44,018 nucleotides of DNA, taken from the NCBI GenBank assembly GCA_947588975.1, contig CANQAF010000002.1, forward strand, positions 1 through 44,018. Direction: 5' to 3'. Position numbers and translations under genes: made by a program. The notes beneath the pieces are model-generated. The model did no database searches, had not been told where the DNA came from, and was given only the letters and a program-made list of their open reading frames with translations. Below are positions 17,623 to 25,327 of this stretch, in pieces; within the stretch, counting starts at the first letter, position 1; the number at the start of each line of letters is the position of its first letter. The DNA is from an uncultured Bacilli bacterium. GTDB lineage: Bacteria > Bacillota_I > Bacilli_A > RF39 > UBA660.

Positions 17623-17844
17623 ATGAAAAAGAATAATGCAAAACAATCTAAGAATACACAATTAACAAATAAAAGTAACAATAATATTACAAACAAAAGT
17701 AATAACAATGTTACCAATAGTAATTGTAAAGAAGTTTCAAGCAAAAATTCAAGTAACGTAACTGATAGTATCGGTTTCGATGACGATGAATCACACTCGT
17801 TTCGTTTAGACGAAAACGATGAACATTCTTTTGAACTTAGATAA
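17623..17844 (+). CDS. Asn/Ser-rich low-complexity micro-protein with a duplicated acidic D-x4-HSF-x-L motif
   Basis: GGGTGA RBS before ATG 17623 (the ORF track starts at GTG 17614). Repeats are NKSNNNITN / NKSNNNVTN and DDDESHSFRL / DENDEHSFEL. A bidirectional terminator follows. Confidence 0.5.
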   Translation: MKKNNAKQSKNTQLTNKSNNNITNKSNNNVTNSNCKEVSSKNSSNVTDSIGFDDDESHSFRLDENDEHSFELR

Positions 17845-17862
17845 AAGTTTTAAACCCAAATA

Positions 17863-17885
17863 AAAGAGACAATTTGTCTCTTTTT
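17863..17885. terminator. Bidirectional terminator
   Basis: AAAGAGACA-ATT-TGTCTCTTT with a flanking A-run and T-run, between convergent genes. Confidence 0.65.
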
Positions 17886-18633
17886 AAAATAAGAAATGAT
17901 TGATGATAATAAAGAAAAAACCAATAAGAAAATATAGAATTGTCACTCCCCTATTCTTATATCGCCAAGAAGTAGGTAGCAATTCAAATATTGAAATATG
18001 TAGCATAATTCCTGCAATAAAAGCAAATAAATAACCCATTAAACGATCTGTAATAAATGGTTTTAAAAATAAATATGTAATCATTGCACCAAATAACTCT
18101 GATATTCCTGAAATAAAAGTATATAATAATGCTTTTTTTCTACTTCCAGTTGCATAATAAATTGGAATAGAAATACTAATACCTTCTGGAATATTATGCA
18201 GTGCAATTGCAAATGTAAGAGCAATACCTAAATGAATATCAGTGTTTCCTGCCATAAAAGTTGCCATACCTTCTGGAATATTATGTAAAATAATTGCAAT
18301 CATTGAAAAAATTCCTACTCGGTATAATCCATTTTTATTCATATCATCAGGTAAATATTTATCAATTAAAAATGAAAATATAATTCCTATATTAATCCAA
18401 ATTAATAGAATGATCACACATGGAAACCAAACAAATTCTTTTGCTAACATTCCATATGATTCTGGAATCAAATCAGTAAATGATACTGTAAACATAACTG
18501 CTGCCGCAAAACTTAACGAAGCAATTATTATATTTTTTGTTTTCTTTTTTATCCATATGAAAATGCATCCAATCATTGTAGAAAGTCCTGCAATTGTAGA
18601 TAATAAAAATGCATATAGTACTGATTGGTTCAT
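17884..18633 (-). CDS. zupT: ZIP-family zinc transporter ZupT
   Basis: The duplicated HNIPEG motifs (ILHNIPEGMATF, ALHNIPEGISISIP) and 8-TM layout are typical of ZupT. Confidence 0.85.
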   Translation of the reverse strand: MNQSVLYAFLLSTIAGLSTMIGCIFIWIKKKTKNIIIASLSFAAAVMFTVSFTDLIPESYGMLAKEFVWFPCVIILLIWINIGIIFSFLIDKYLPDDMNKNGLYRVGIFSMIAIILHNIPEGMATFMAGNTDIHLGIALTFAIALHNIPEGISISIPIYYATGSRKKALLYTFISGISELFGAMITYLFLKPFITDRLMGYLFAFIAGIMLHISIFELLPTSWRYKNRGVTILYFLIGFFFIIINHFLF

Positions 18634-18681
18634 ACAATCACCAATTCACTATATGTATTTTATTGAAAAATATGAAATGAA

Positions 18682-19119
18682 TTATTTTAAACTATTGTTA
18701 ATCATCCAATATTCCTTTTCATAAAATTGTAATAGTTCTTCTAATATACTTACAGTACCATAGTCTCCTGCTTTTTCAAAACATTGCACCATATCTTTTG
18801 TATATTCTTTCATAAAACCAAAATCGTTTTGCAATACTTCCAGTACTTGTGTTCCATTATAATCCATACTTTGCATAGATTTCATAGTAGAAACTTCTTC
18901 TATTTTCTTTAAGGAAGTAATAGGATATCCATTTAACATCTTAATTCGTTCTGCAATTTTATCATATTGTAAAGCAACTATCTCATAATATTCTTGTAAT
19001 TTTTTATGGATTCCAAAAAAACTCATTCCTACAATATTAAAATGCATATTATATAAATTATTATTAAGTACCTTTAAATTGGCTAAATATTCATTTAAAA
19101 TATTAATATCTTTATTCAT
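18682..19119 (-). CDS. dps: Dps-family DNA protection / ferritin-like protein
   Basis: LN..LA...VL....YN.H.N..G..F..HK.L.E.Y pattern (NNLYNMHFNIVGMSFFGIHKKLQEYYE). Size is 145 aa. Confidence 0.85.
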   Translation of the reverse strand: MNKDINILNEYLANLKVLNNNLYNMHFNIVGMSFFGIHKKLQEYYEIVALQYDKIAERIKMLNGYPITSLKKIEEVSTMKSMQSMDYNGTQVLEVLQNDFGFMKEYTKDMVQCFEKAGDYGTVSILEELLQFYEKEYWMINNSLK

Positions 19120-19154
19120 AATAAATCCCCCATAACATTATATGAGGGATTTGC

Positions 19155-19862
19155 CTATATGTGCCTAACAATATTTTTTTCTTCCATTGAAACACGATTT
19201 GATTCTATTATTTTTTGAATTGCATGTTTTCGTGTAAATTCATCTAATTCTTTTTTCTTTAAAAATTTTAATATTTTATCTGGATAATGAACATAGCAAA
19301 CTGAAATTAACCAGGCATTAGCCATACCAACATAATAATTATTTCCTGATATGTTTTTTATAGAATCTAAAACGAAATCAATATATTCATCATTGATATA
19401 ATAATTGATCAATAAAGTTAACCCAAATCGTTGTATCCAAGGATTTGTCTGATTGAAATAAGATTGAATATATGGGATCCCCTCTTTTAAATATTTCTTC
19501 CATATTTTTAAATTAGCGCATGTAATATCATTTAATGCCCAATTGTTCATATAAGGAAAAAAGTTGTTTAATTGAATCACTAAATCTTTTAATTCTAACT
19601 TCATATATCCAAGTAAAAGGCCATGAATTAATGTTTCTTCATAGGTTGTATGTTTTATACATTTTAGAAATTCCTCTGGATGATTTTTTGATATTTTCTT
19701 CGCAATTTTTTTTAATATTGGAGTACGGATACCAATTAAAGAGGAAGTATCTTGAATCAGTTTGCCATGAAATTTCTGATAGTTTAAATCCTGTAATTGA
19801 TATAATTCTTCCTGAAACACTTGATAAGTCGTTTGATTCCAAATACATGTTTCTAAGTTCAT
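19155..19862 (-). CDS. DNA alkylation repair protein (AlkD-like HEAT-repeat family)
   Basis: About 235 aa, helical repeat. YEE..IHGLLLGY ... NNWALND ... WIQRFGL pattern. 4-nt ATGA overlap with deoB. Confidence 0.7.
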   Translation of the reverse strand: MNLETCIWNQTTYQVFQEELYQLQDLNYQKFHGKLIQDTSSLIGIRTPILKKIAKKISKNHPEEFLKCIKHTTYEETLIHGLLLGYMKLELKDLVIQLNNFFPYMNNWALNDITCANLKIWKKYLKEGIPYIQSYFNQTNPWIQRFGLTLLINYYINDEYIDFVLDSIKNISGNNYYVGMANAWLISVCYVHYPDKILKFLKKKELDEFTRKHAIQKIIESNRVSMEEKNIVRHI

Positions 19863-21022
19863 TTTATTTCTTCTAAGAAGCTTTCTCCAATTTGTGGCAT
19901 TGTGACATTAAAGTTATCAGCAATCGTTGCCCCAAGAGAAGCAAAAGTATGTAAATTAGGTAAATGATGTGGATTTTTTAATCCTTTATAATATACAAAT
20001 ACTGGTACATTTTCTCTTGTATGATCTGTTCCTTGATAAGTAGGATCATTTCCATGATCTGCTGTTAAAATTAGTAAATCATCATCGTTTAATGCTTCAA
20101 CAAATTTAGGAAGTGCTTCATCTAATTCTTTTAATGCATTTGCATACCCTACTGGATTTCTTCGATGTCCATATTTAGAATCAAAATCATTTAAATTAGC
20201 AAAACAAAGGCCTGTAAATTCATCATGCATTGTTTCAATAATCTTATTAATTCCATCTTGATTATCCTTTGTTTTTGTACTTTTAGTAATACCACATCCA
20301 TTAAAAATATCAGAAATCTTACCAATAGAAACCACATCATAATTTTTTTCTTTTAACGCATCTAAAACGGTTTCATGAGCAGGATTTAACGCATAATCAT
20401 GACGATTTGGTGTACGAACAAAATTACCTGGTGTTCCAATAAATGGTCTTGCAATAATACGTCCTACTTTCCATTCTTCTTTTAAAGTAAGCTCTCTTGC
20501 AATTTCACAAATATGATAAAGTTCTTCAAGTGGAATGATATCTTCGTGTGCGGCAATTTGTAATACAGAATCTGCAGAAGTATATACGATTATTTTTCCA
20601 GTTTCCATATGTTCTTTTCCTAATCGCTCAATAATTTCCGTACCAGAGGCATTACAATTACCGAGTACTCCTCTACCTGTACGAGCGATTAATTCATGAA
20701 TTAATTCATCAGGAAAGCCAGTTTCTGTAAAAGTACGGAATGGAATTTTAGTCTCTATACCCATCATTTCTAAATGGCCTGTTAAAGTATCCTTACCATT
20801 ACTAATTTCGATTGCACGCATATAAGACGCAATAGTAGTATCTTCTGTATGATTTAATAAATTATAGAGTCCAAATTGCTTAAAATTGGGTAACTCTAAT
20901 CCTGAAACTTCCAAAGCATGTTTGATGGTATTTGCTCCTTCATCATGAAAGAGTGCTGCATCTTTTGCTTCGCCAATTCCAGTAGAATCCATAACAACTA
21001 AAAATATTCTTTTAAATTTCAT
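19859..21022 (-). CDS. deoB: Phosphopentomutase
   Basis: MKFKRIFLVVMDSTGIGEA, DTLTGHLEMMG, TADHGNDPT and TDHTRE motifs. Confidence 0.95.
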   Translation of the reverse strand: MKFKRIFLVVMDSTGIGEAKDAALFHDEGANTIKHALEVSGLELPNFKQFGLYNLLNHTEDTTIASYMRAIEISNGKDTLTGHLEMMGIETKIPFRTFTETGFPDELIHELIARTGRGVLGNCNASGTEIIERLGKEHMETGKIIVYTSADSVLQIAAHEDIIPLEELYHICEIARELTLKEEWKVGRIIARPFIGTPGNFVRTPNRHDYALNPAHETVLDALKEKNYDVVSIGKISDIFNGCGITKSTKTKDNQDGINKIIETMHDEFTGLCFANLNDFDSKYGHRRNPVGYANALKELDEALPKFVEALNDDDLLILTADHGNDPTYQGTDHTRENVPVFVYYKGLKNPHHLPNLHTFASLGATIADNFNVTMPQIGESFLEEIK

Positions 21023-21037
21023 AAAATCAAATCCTTT

Positions 21038-21922
21038 CTAATTTCCATGTGGATGAAAATTTGTATAATTTTCTTGTAATTGTTGATTAGATATATGCGT
21101 ATATATTTGCGTTGTTGAAATGTCTGAGTGTCCTAATAATTCTTGAATACTTCTTAAATCCGCACCATTTTCAAGTAAATGTGTTGCAAAGGAATGTCTT
21201 AAAGTATGAGGAGAAAAATCAGTATGAATATGTTTAGATTGCCCTAATTGTTTAATAATTTTAAAGAAGGCTTGTCTAGACATTTGATCTCCCCTACTAC
21301 TTAAAAATAATATATCTGTATCATGTTTCTTTAACAACATAGGACGATATTCATTTAGATAAATACCTATATAATAAGTTGCATAATCACCAATTGGAAC
21401 AATTCTTTCTTTATTCCCTTTTCCAAATATTCTTACTGTTTGCATTTCTAAATTTACATCATGAATATGTAAAGAAATCAGTTCTGAAATTCTTAATCCA
21501 GATGCATACATAAGTTCAAGCATTGCTTTATTGCGATATTGATAAGCATTTGTTAATGGCACTTCTAGTAAACATTCAACCTCTTCTTTAGAAAGTACTT
21601 TTGGTAATGTTTTTGGAATTTTAGGAAGTACAAGATCATCCATTGGATTTCGGTCAATTACTTCTTCTATTTCTAAAAATTTATAAAAACTACGAAATAC
21701 TGTCATAAAATGAGCTTTTGTTTTTGGACTACTTTCTTTTTTAAAAGAAAGAAATTTTTGAATATCATCTTTTGTTAATTTACTTAAATCTTGCTTACTG
21801 TATTGTTCTAATTCCATCAATTGTAAATCATAAGAAGAAACAGTATTATCACTATACTTACGATCAATCAGCAAATAATTTAAAAAATCAATTGCATTCA
21901 TATCATTTACATGAAATTTCAT
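21038..21922 (-). CDS. xerD: Site-specific tyrosine recombinase XerD
   Basis: N-terminal SAM-like domain. Catalytic ASGLRISEL, HTLRHSFATHLL, LLGHSDISTTQIYTH (R-H-R-Y). Conserved xerD-deoB context. Confidence 0.85.
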   Translation of the reverse strand: MKFHVNDMNAIDFLNYLLIDRKYSDNTVSSYDLQLMELEQYSKQDLSKLTKDDIQKFLSFKKESSPKTKAHFMTVFRSFYKFLEIEEVIDRNPMDDLVLPKIPKTLPKVLSKEEVECLLEVPLTNAYQYRNKAMLELMYASGLRISELISLHIHDVNLEMQTVRIFGKGNKERIVPIGDYATYYIGIYLNEYRPMLLKKHDTDILFLSSRGDQMSRQAFFKIIKQLGQSKHIHTDFSPHTLRHSFATHLLENGADLRSIQELLGHSDISTTQIYTHISNQQLQENYTNFHPHGN

Positions 21923-22045
21923 AGCATCACTACCATCTATTTTTATTATACAATATTTCTATTTTTTTTGCACGTTTCAACCTTTAACTATACAAAAATT
22001 GACAAAAGAAACTTATTTCGTGATAAAATAGGTTTAGGTGATACA

Positions 22046-23269
22046 ATGAATGAACCTTTAGCAATTAAATTAAGACCTAAAAATATTGATGAAGTAATTG
22101 GTCAAGAGCATCTAATTGGTCCTGGAAAAATTATTCGAAATATGGTTCAAAATGGACGTATTTTTTCCATGATTTTATATGGAAAACCAGGTATTGGAAA
22201 AACATCTATCGCAGAAGCCATTGTCAAAACTGTGAATGTAAAATATCGTATGTTAAATGCAGTAATTAATAATAAAAAGGATTTTGACGTAGTTGTAGAA
22301 GAAGCAAAATTATATGGTGGTTTAGTAGTAATTATGGATGAAATCCACCGTTTGAATAAAGATAAACAGGATTTATTATTACCTTACTTAGAAAGTGGTC
22401 TCATTGTTTTAATTGGAATGACTACTTCTAACCCTTATCATAAAATCAATCCTGCGATTCGTAGTCGTTGTCAAATCTTTGAATTACATGAATTAACAGT
22501 TGAACACATCAAAAAAGCAATTGATCGTGCTTGCAAATCTGAATATTTAAAGGGCATCAAAATAGATAAAGATGCCAAAGAGTTTATAGCTACAGTATCC
22601 AGTGGAGATTTAAGGCATGCTTATAATTTGTTAGAAGTAGCTTATTATGCAACAGAAGATTTTCATATTACATTAGATGTTTTAAAAAATATCAATAGCA
22701 AACCAGTATTTTTCCATGATAAAAATGAGGATGGTCATTATGATGTTATTAGTGCTTTTCAAAAATCTATTAGAGGTAGTGATGTCAATGCTGCTCTTCA
22801 TTATTTAGCGCGCTTAATTGAAGCAGAAGATTTAGATATTATTTACCGTAGAATGACTGTAATTGCTTATGAAGATATTGGACTAGCAAATCCATCGATT
22901 GGACCTAAGGTAGAGGCTGCTATACAAGCTTGTGAACGATTAGGACTGCCAGAAGGTCGTATTCCACTTGGAGATATTGTCATAGAACTTGCATTATCGC
23001 CAAAATCTAACACAGGTCATTTAGCTTTAGATGCGGCATTAAAAGATATTGAATTAGGAAATACCGGTAATGTACCTAACCATATTAAAACAACTTCAAA
23101 AGATTACAAATATCCTCACGATTATCCTAATAGTTGGGTAAAACAACAATATTTACCTGATAATTTAATAGGTAAACAATATTATCATCCTAAAAATTCT
23201 AGCAAATATGAAGAATCTTTAAAAACAATTTATGAAAATTTAGAAAAATTAAGTAAAAAAGACGATTAA
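22046..23269 (+). CDS. rarA: Replication-associated recombination protein A (RarA/MgsA AAA+ ATPase)
   Basis: MNEPLAIKLRPKNIDEVIGQEHL start with AGGTG RBS (the ORF-track 5' extension is rejected). Walker A GKPGIGKTS, Walker B VVIMDEIHR, and the C-terminal MgsA domain (SAFQKSIRGSD.NAALHYLARL). Confidence 0.9.
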   Translation: MNEPLAIKLRPKNIDEVIGQEHLIGPGKIIRNMVQNGRIFSMILYGKPGIGKTSIAEAIVKTVNVKYRMLNAVINNKKDFDVVVEEAKLYGGLVVIMDEIHRLNKDKQDLLLPYLESGLIVLIGMTTSNPYHKINPAIRSRCQIFELHELTVEHIKKAIDRACKSEYLKGIKIDKDAKEFIATVSSGDLRHAYNLLEVAYYATEDFHITLDVLKNINSKPVFFHDKNEDGHYDVISAFQKSIRGSDVNAALHYLARLIEAEDLDIIYRRMTVIAYEDIGLANPSIGPKVEAAIQACERLGLPEGRIPLGDIVIELALSPKSNTGHLALDAALKDIELGNTGNVPNHIKTTSKDYKYPHDYPNSWVKQQYLPDNLIGKQYYHPKNSSKYEESLKTIYENLEKLSKKDD

Positions 23270-23329
23270 CGTCTTTTTATTTTTATAATGAATAAAATAT
23301 TGATTGATTCCATATATTGGTATTAAAAT

Positions 23330-23357
23330 TTGACAAATTCAAAAAACATGTTATAAT
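23330..23357 (+). promoter_or_regulatory. Sigma-A-type promoter with extended -10
   Basis: TTGACA (23330-23335), 16-nt spacer, TGtTATAAT (23349-23357). Confidence 0.5.
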
Positions 23358-23391
23358 AGCAGACATTCATAAGAAAAAAGGGGGTATTTTT

Positions 23392-23580
23392 ATGAAAATT
23401 AACTGGAATAAAGTGTGTTATTTAGTATTAGGTTCTATTGCAATCGCACTTGCAGCAATTCTATCTGCCCTACTATTATTAACAGACTATACAGTACTTA
23501 CTTATATATCTTTCTTTGGAACATATTTATTTGGAATTTATTTTATGAAAACACAAAGAAAATATAAACTTATGAAATAA
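23392..23580 (+). CDS. Small two-TM membrane protein (62 aa), hypothetical
   Basis: GGGGGT RBS before ATG 23392. Two hydrophobic helices. Promoter upstream and terminator downstream. Confidence 0.5.
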   Translation: MKINWNKVCYLVLGSIAIALAAILSALLLLTDYTVLTYISFFGTYLFGIYFMKTQRKYKLMK

Positions 23581-23604
23581 ACCAACTTTAATAGTTGGTT
23601 TTTA
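23580..23604. terminator. Bidirectional terminator
   Basis: AACCAACT-TTAAT-AGTTGGTT followed by TTT, between convergent genes. Confidence 0.65.
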
Positions 23605-23607
23605 TGT

Positions 23608-24492
23608 TTAATTATAAGATTCTAATGTGATTTTAGCTTTTCCATTTCCAGATTGAACTCCATTTTTTGTTTCAGTAGTTCCTGCAATTAACCAAGACAT
23701 ATTAAGGTAACCAGAGCCTCCTCCACCACCGTAGTAGTCGCAAGCGCCACCGCCGCCATACCAGCCGCCGCCTCCGCCACAGGATCCTTTACCTTTACCA
23801 CCTTGACCAAAAGTTCCATTATTTCCGCAGCCCCAACCACCATTAGTTTGAGAGCCTCCCTGTGCACTATTATTATTATTTGTACCTCCAGTAGTTCCAC
23901 CACCAGTTCCTCCTATAAATTCTGATCCAAGGTAAACTTGATGAACACTACCTCCTCCTCCACCTGCAACAATGATTACATCGCTTTGATAAGAACTATA
24001 ATTTTTTAATTCTCCATGATCTGTAATAGCAATATGGGTAGCTCCTCCACCAGATGTAGCACCGGTATATGTGTTACCATTATTATCACCATATTGTCCA
24101 CCACCATTATATGGAATTCCACCTACAACAATATACAATGATTGATCTTTATTTAATGAAATATTCCCATAAGAATATCCACCTTTTCCTCCTGGTGCTG
24201 CCGAATTACTAGTACCACCTTGAGAACCCCATACTTCTAATTTGTATATTCCATCACATGAGGCAGTCCATTCTGCTACTTTCCCTTGATATACAAAATC
24301 CCATGATGTTCCTAATTCAATATCACAAATATCTGTTTCATTTGAATCTTCTAACTGTTGTTTGGTTTCGTTTTTTAACTCATCTAATATCATTTTACGA
24401 CTTTGCGTATTACTTAATATTCCTATTAATAATACTAAAAATAATAAAAGTAATGTATAAATAATAGCACTCGTTGCAAATCCTTTTTTCAT
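23608..24492 (-). CDS. Prepilin-like N-terminus fused to a glycine-rich domain (ALK/LTK-GRD-like pattern); last gene of the pilC-pilD operon
   Basis: GGAGAGGAG RBS. N-terminus MKKG|FATSAIIYTLLLLFLVLLIGIL. Ordered Gly blocks are YKLEVWGSQGG, GGKGGYSYGNISLNKDQSLYIVVGG, GGGATHIAI, IIVAGGGGGS, GGGGGWYGGGG, GGGGGSGYLN and GNGKAKITL. Confidence 0.8.
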   Translation of the reverse strand: MKKGFATSAIIYTLLLLFLVLLIGILSNTQSRKMILDELKNETKQQLEDSNETDICDIELGTSWDFVYQGKVAEWTASCDGIYKLEVWGSQGGTSNSAAPGGKGGYSYGNISLNKDQSLYIVVGGIPYNGGGQYGDNNGNTYTGATSGGGATHIAITDHGELKNYSSYQSDVIIVAGGGGGSVHQVYLGSEFIGGTGGGTTGGTNNNNSAQGGSQTNGGWGCGNNGTFGQGGKGKGSCGGGGGWYGGGGACDYYGGGGGSGYLNMSWLIAGTTETKNGVQSGNGKAKITLESYN

Positions 24493-24513
24493 ATTATTTT
24501 CTCCTCTCCAATA

Positions 24514-25311
24514 TTATCGTGTTAATAGTTTTACTATAAATTGAAAATCAATTTGACTTAATAATAGTAAAATGGAAGATATTGCTAGAAATGGTCCAAA
24601 TGGAATACTATGTTCTGGGATTTCATCATCTTCTATATATTTTTGATCTTTATTTCGCAGTACAAAACAAATTGCAACTGGTAAAGCAATAAAAGATGCA
24701 ACAAAAATGGAAATAATTGCAATGGGATATCCTAATACAAGTCCCAGTAGAAACATGAGTTTAATATCTCCACCACCCATAGATTCCTTATGGAACAGAA
24801 AATCGCCAATCTTTTTTAAACAAAACATTGTAATAAAAGCTAATATTCCTTCACTCATGGAATATAGAGTACTTTTCCAACCGTATCCAATTAGAAGTAA
24901 AACAATCAGAACAATTGAACTAAAAATAAGTACTTCATCTGGAATAATCATTGTTTGATAATCACTAATAATAATAATTAATAAACTTGAAATAAATACT
25001 AATGCAATTGCAAGTTCTATTGAAAATCCAAATAATCGATAACTGATTGCGAATAATAAACCTGAAGTAAATTCAAATATAGGATAAAAAAATGATATTT
25101 TTTCCTTACAATTTTTACATTTACCTCCTAAAAATATATACGAAAAAATAGGGACTAATTCACTTGCCCCTAATTTATGATTACATTTTGTGCAATGTGA
25201 AGATGGAAATAACAATGATTCTCCTTTTGGTAAACGGTACCCAACCACATTATAAAATGATCCAAGTACTGCTCCAAATACAAACATAACTACTGTATAA
25301 TATATTTCCAT
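24514..25311 (-). CDS. Prepilin peptidase / N-methyltransferase (A24 family, PilD/ComC)
   Basis: Four Cys as two pairs, HCTKCNH...GKCKNCK. Catalytic-Asp regions IISDYQTMIIPD and GGGDIKLM. ATG 25311 with AGGTGG 8 nt upstream is preferred over GTG 25323. Confidence 0.9.
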   Translation of the reverse strand: MEIYYTVVMFVFGAVLGSFYNVVGYRLPKGESLLFPSSHCTKCNHKLGASELVPIFSYIFLGGKCKNCKEKISFFYPIFEFTSGLLFAISYRLFGFSIELAIALVFISSLLIIIISDYQTMIIPDEVLIFSSIVLIVLLLIGYGWKSTLYSMSEGILAFITMFCLKKIGDFLFHKESMGGGDIKLMFLLGLVLGYPIAIISIFVASFIALPVAICFVLRNKDQKYIEDDEIPEHSIPFGPFLAISSILLLLSQIDFQFIVKLLTR

Positions 25312-25327
25312 GCTTTCAACCACCTAC

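Noticed and set aside
19120-19154. I considered a PerR/Fur-type operator upstream of dps. The dyad TATAA-TG-TTATA lies within a hairpin AAATCCC...GGGATTT.
   Set aside because: It matches only part of the 7-1-7 PerR/Fur consensus. The hairpin is adequately explained as the terminator of the upstream alkD-like gene. In DNA this AT-rich such partial dyads are expected by chance.
21038-21922. I considered whether the tyrosine recombinase marks an integrated mobile element.
   Set aside because: It has the XerD-type N-terminal and catalytic motifs. It sits in the conserved xerD-deoB context and is flanked by housekeeping genes. No att-like repeats, tRNA or cargo genes are present.
21911-22045. These are 5' extensions of ORF-track models. 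They affect rarA (21911), the FMN-binding lipoprotein (3809), the NusG-II protein (2978), the small membrane protein (23317), rfbCD (34231), dnaG (31181), uvsE (32164) and mnmA (14348).
   Set aside because: In each case an internal ATG is preceded by a good Shine-Dalgarno sequence and gives the family-typical N-terminus. The extensions run through promoters, terminators or the neighbouring gene.
23690-23900. I considered whether the GC-rich patch is a foreign insertion, an RNA gene fragment or a repeat array.
   Set aside because: It is in frame within the glycine-rich CDS and is fully explained by runs of Gly (GGN), Cys and Tyr codons. It has no repeat-spacer periodicity or RNA-gene features.
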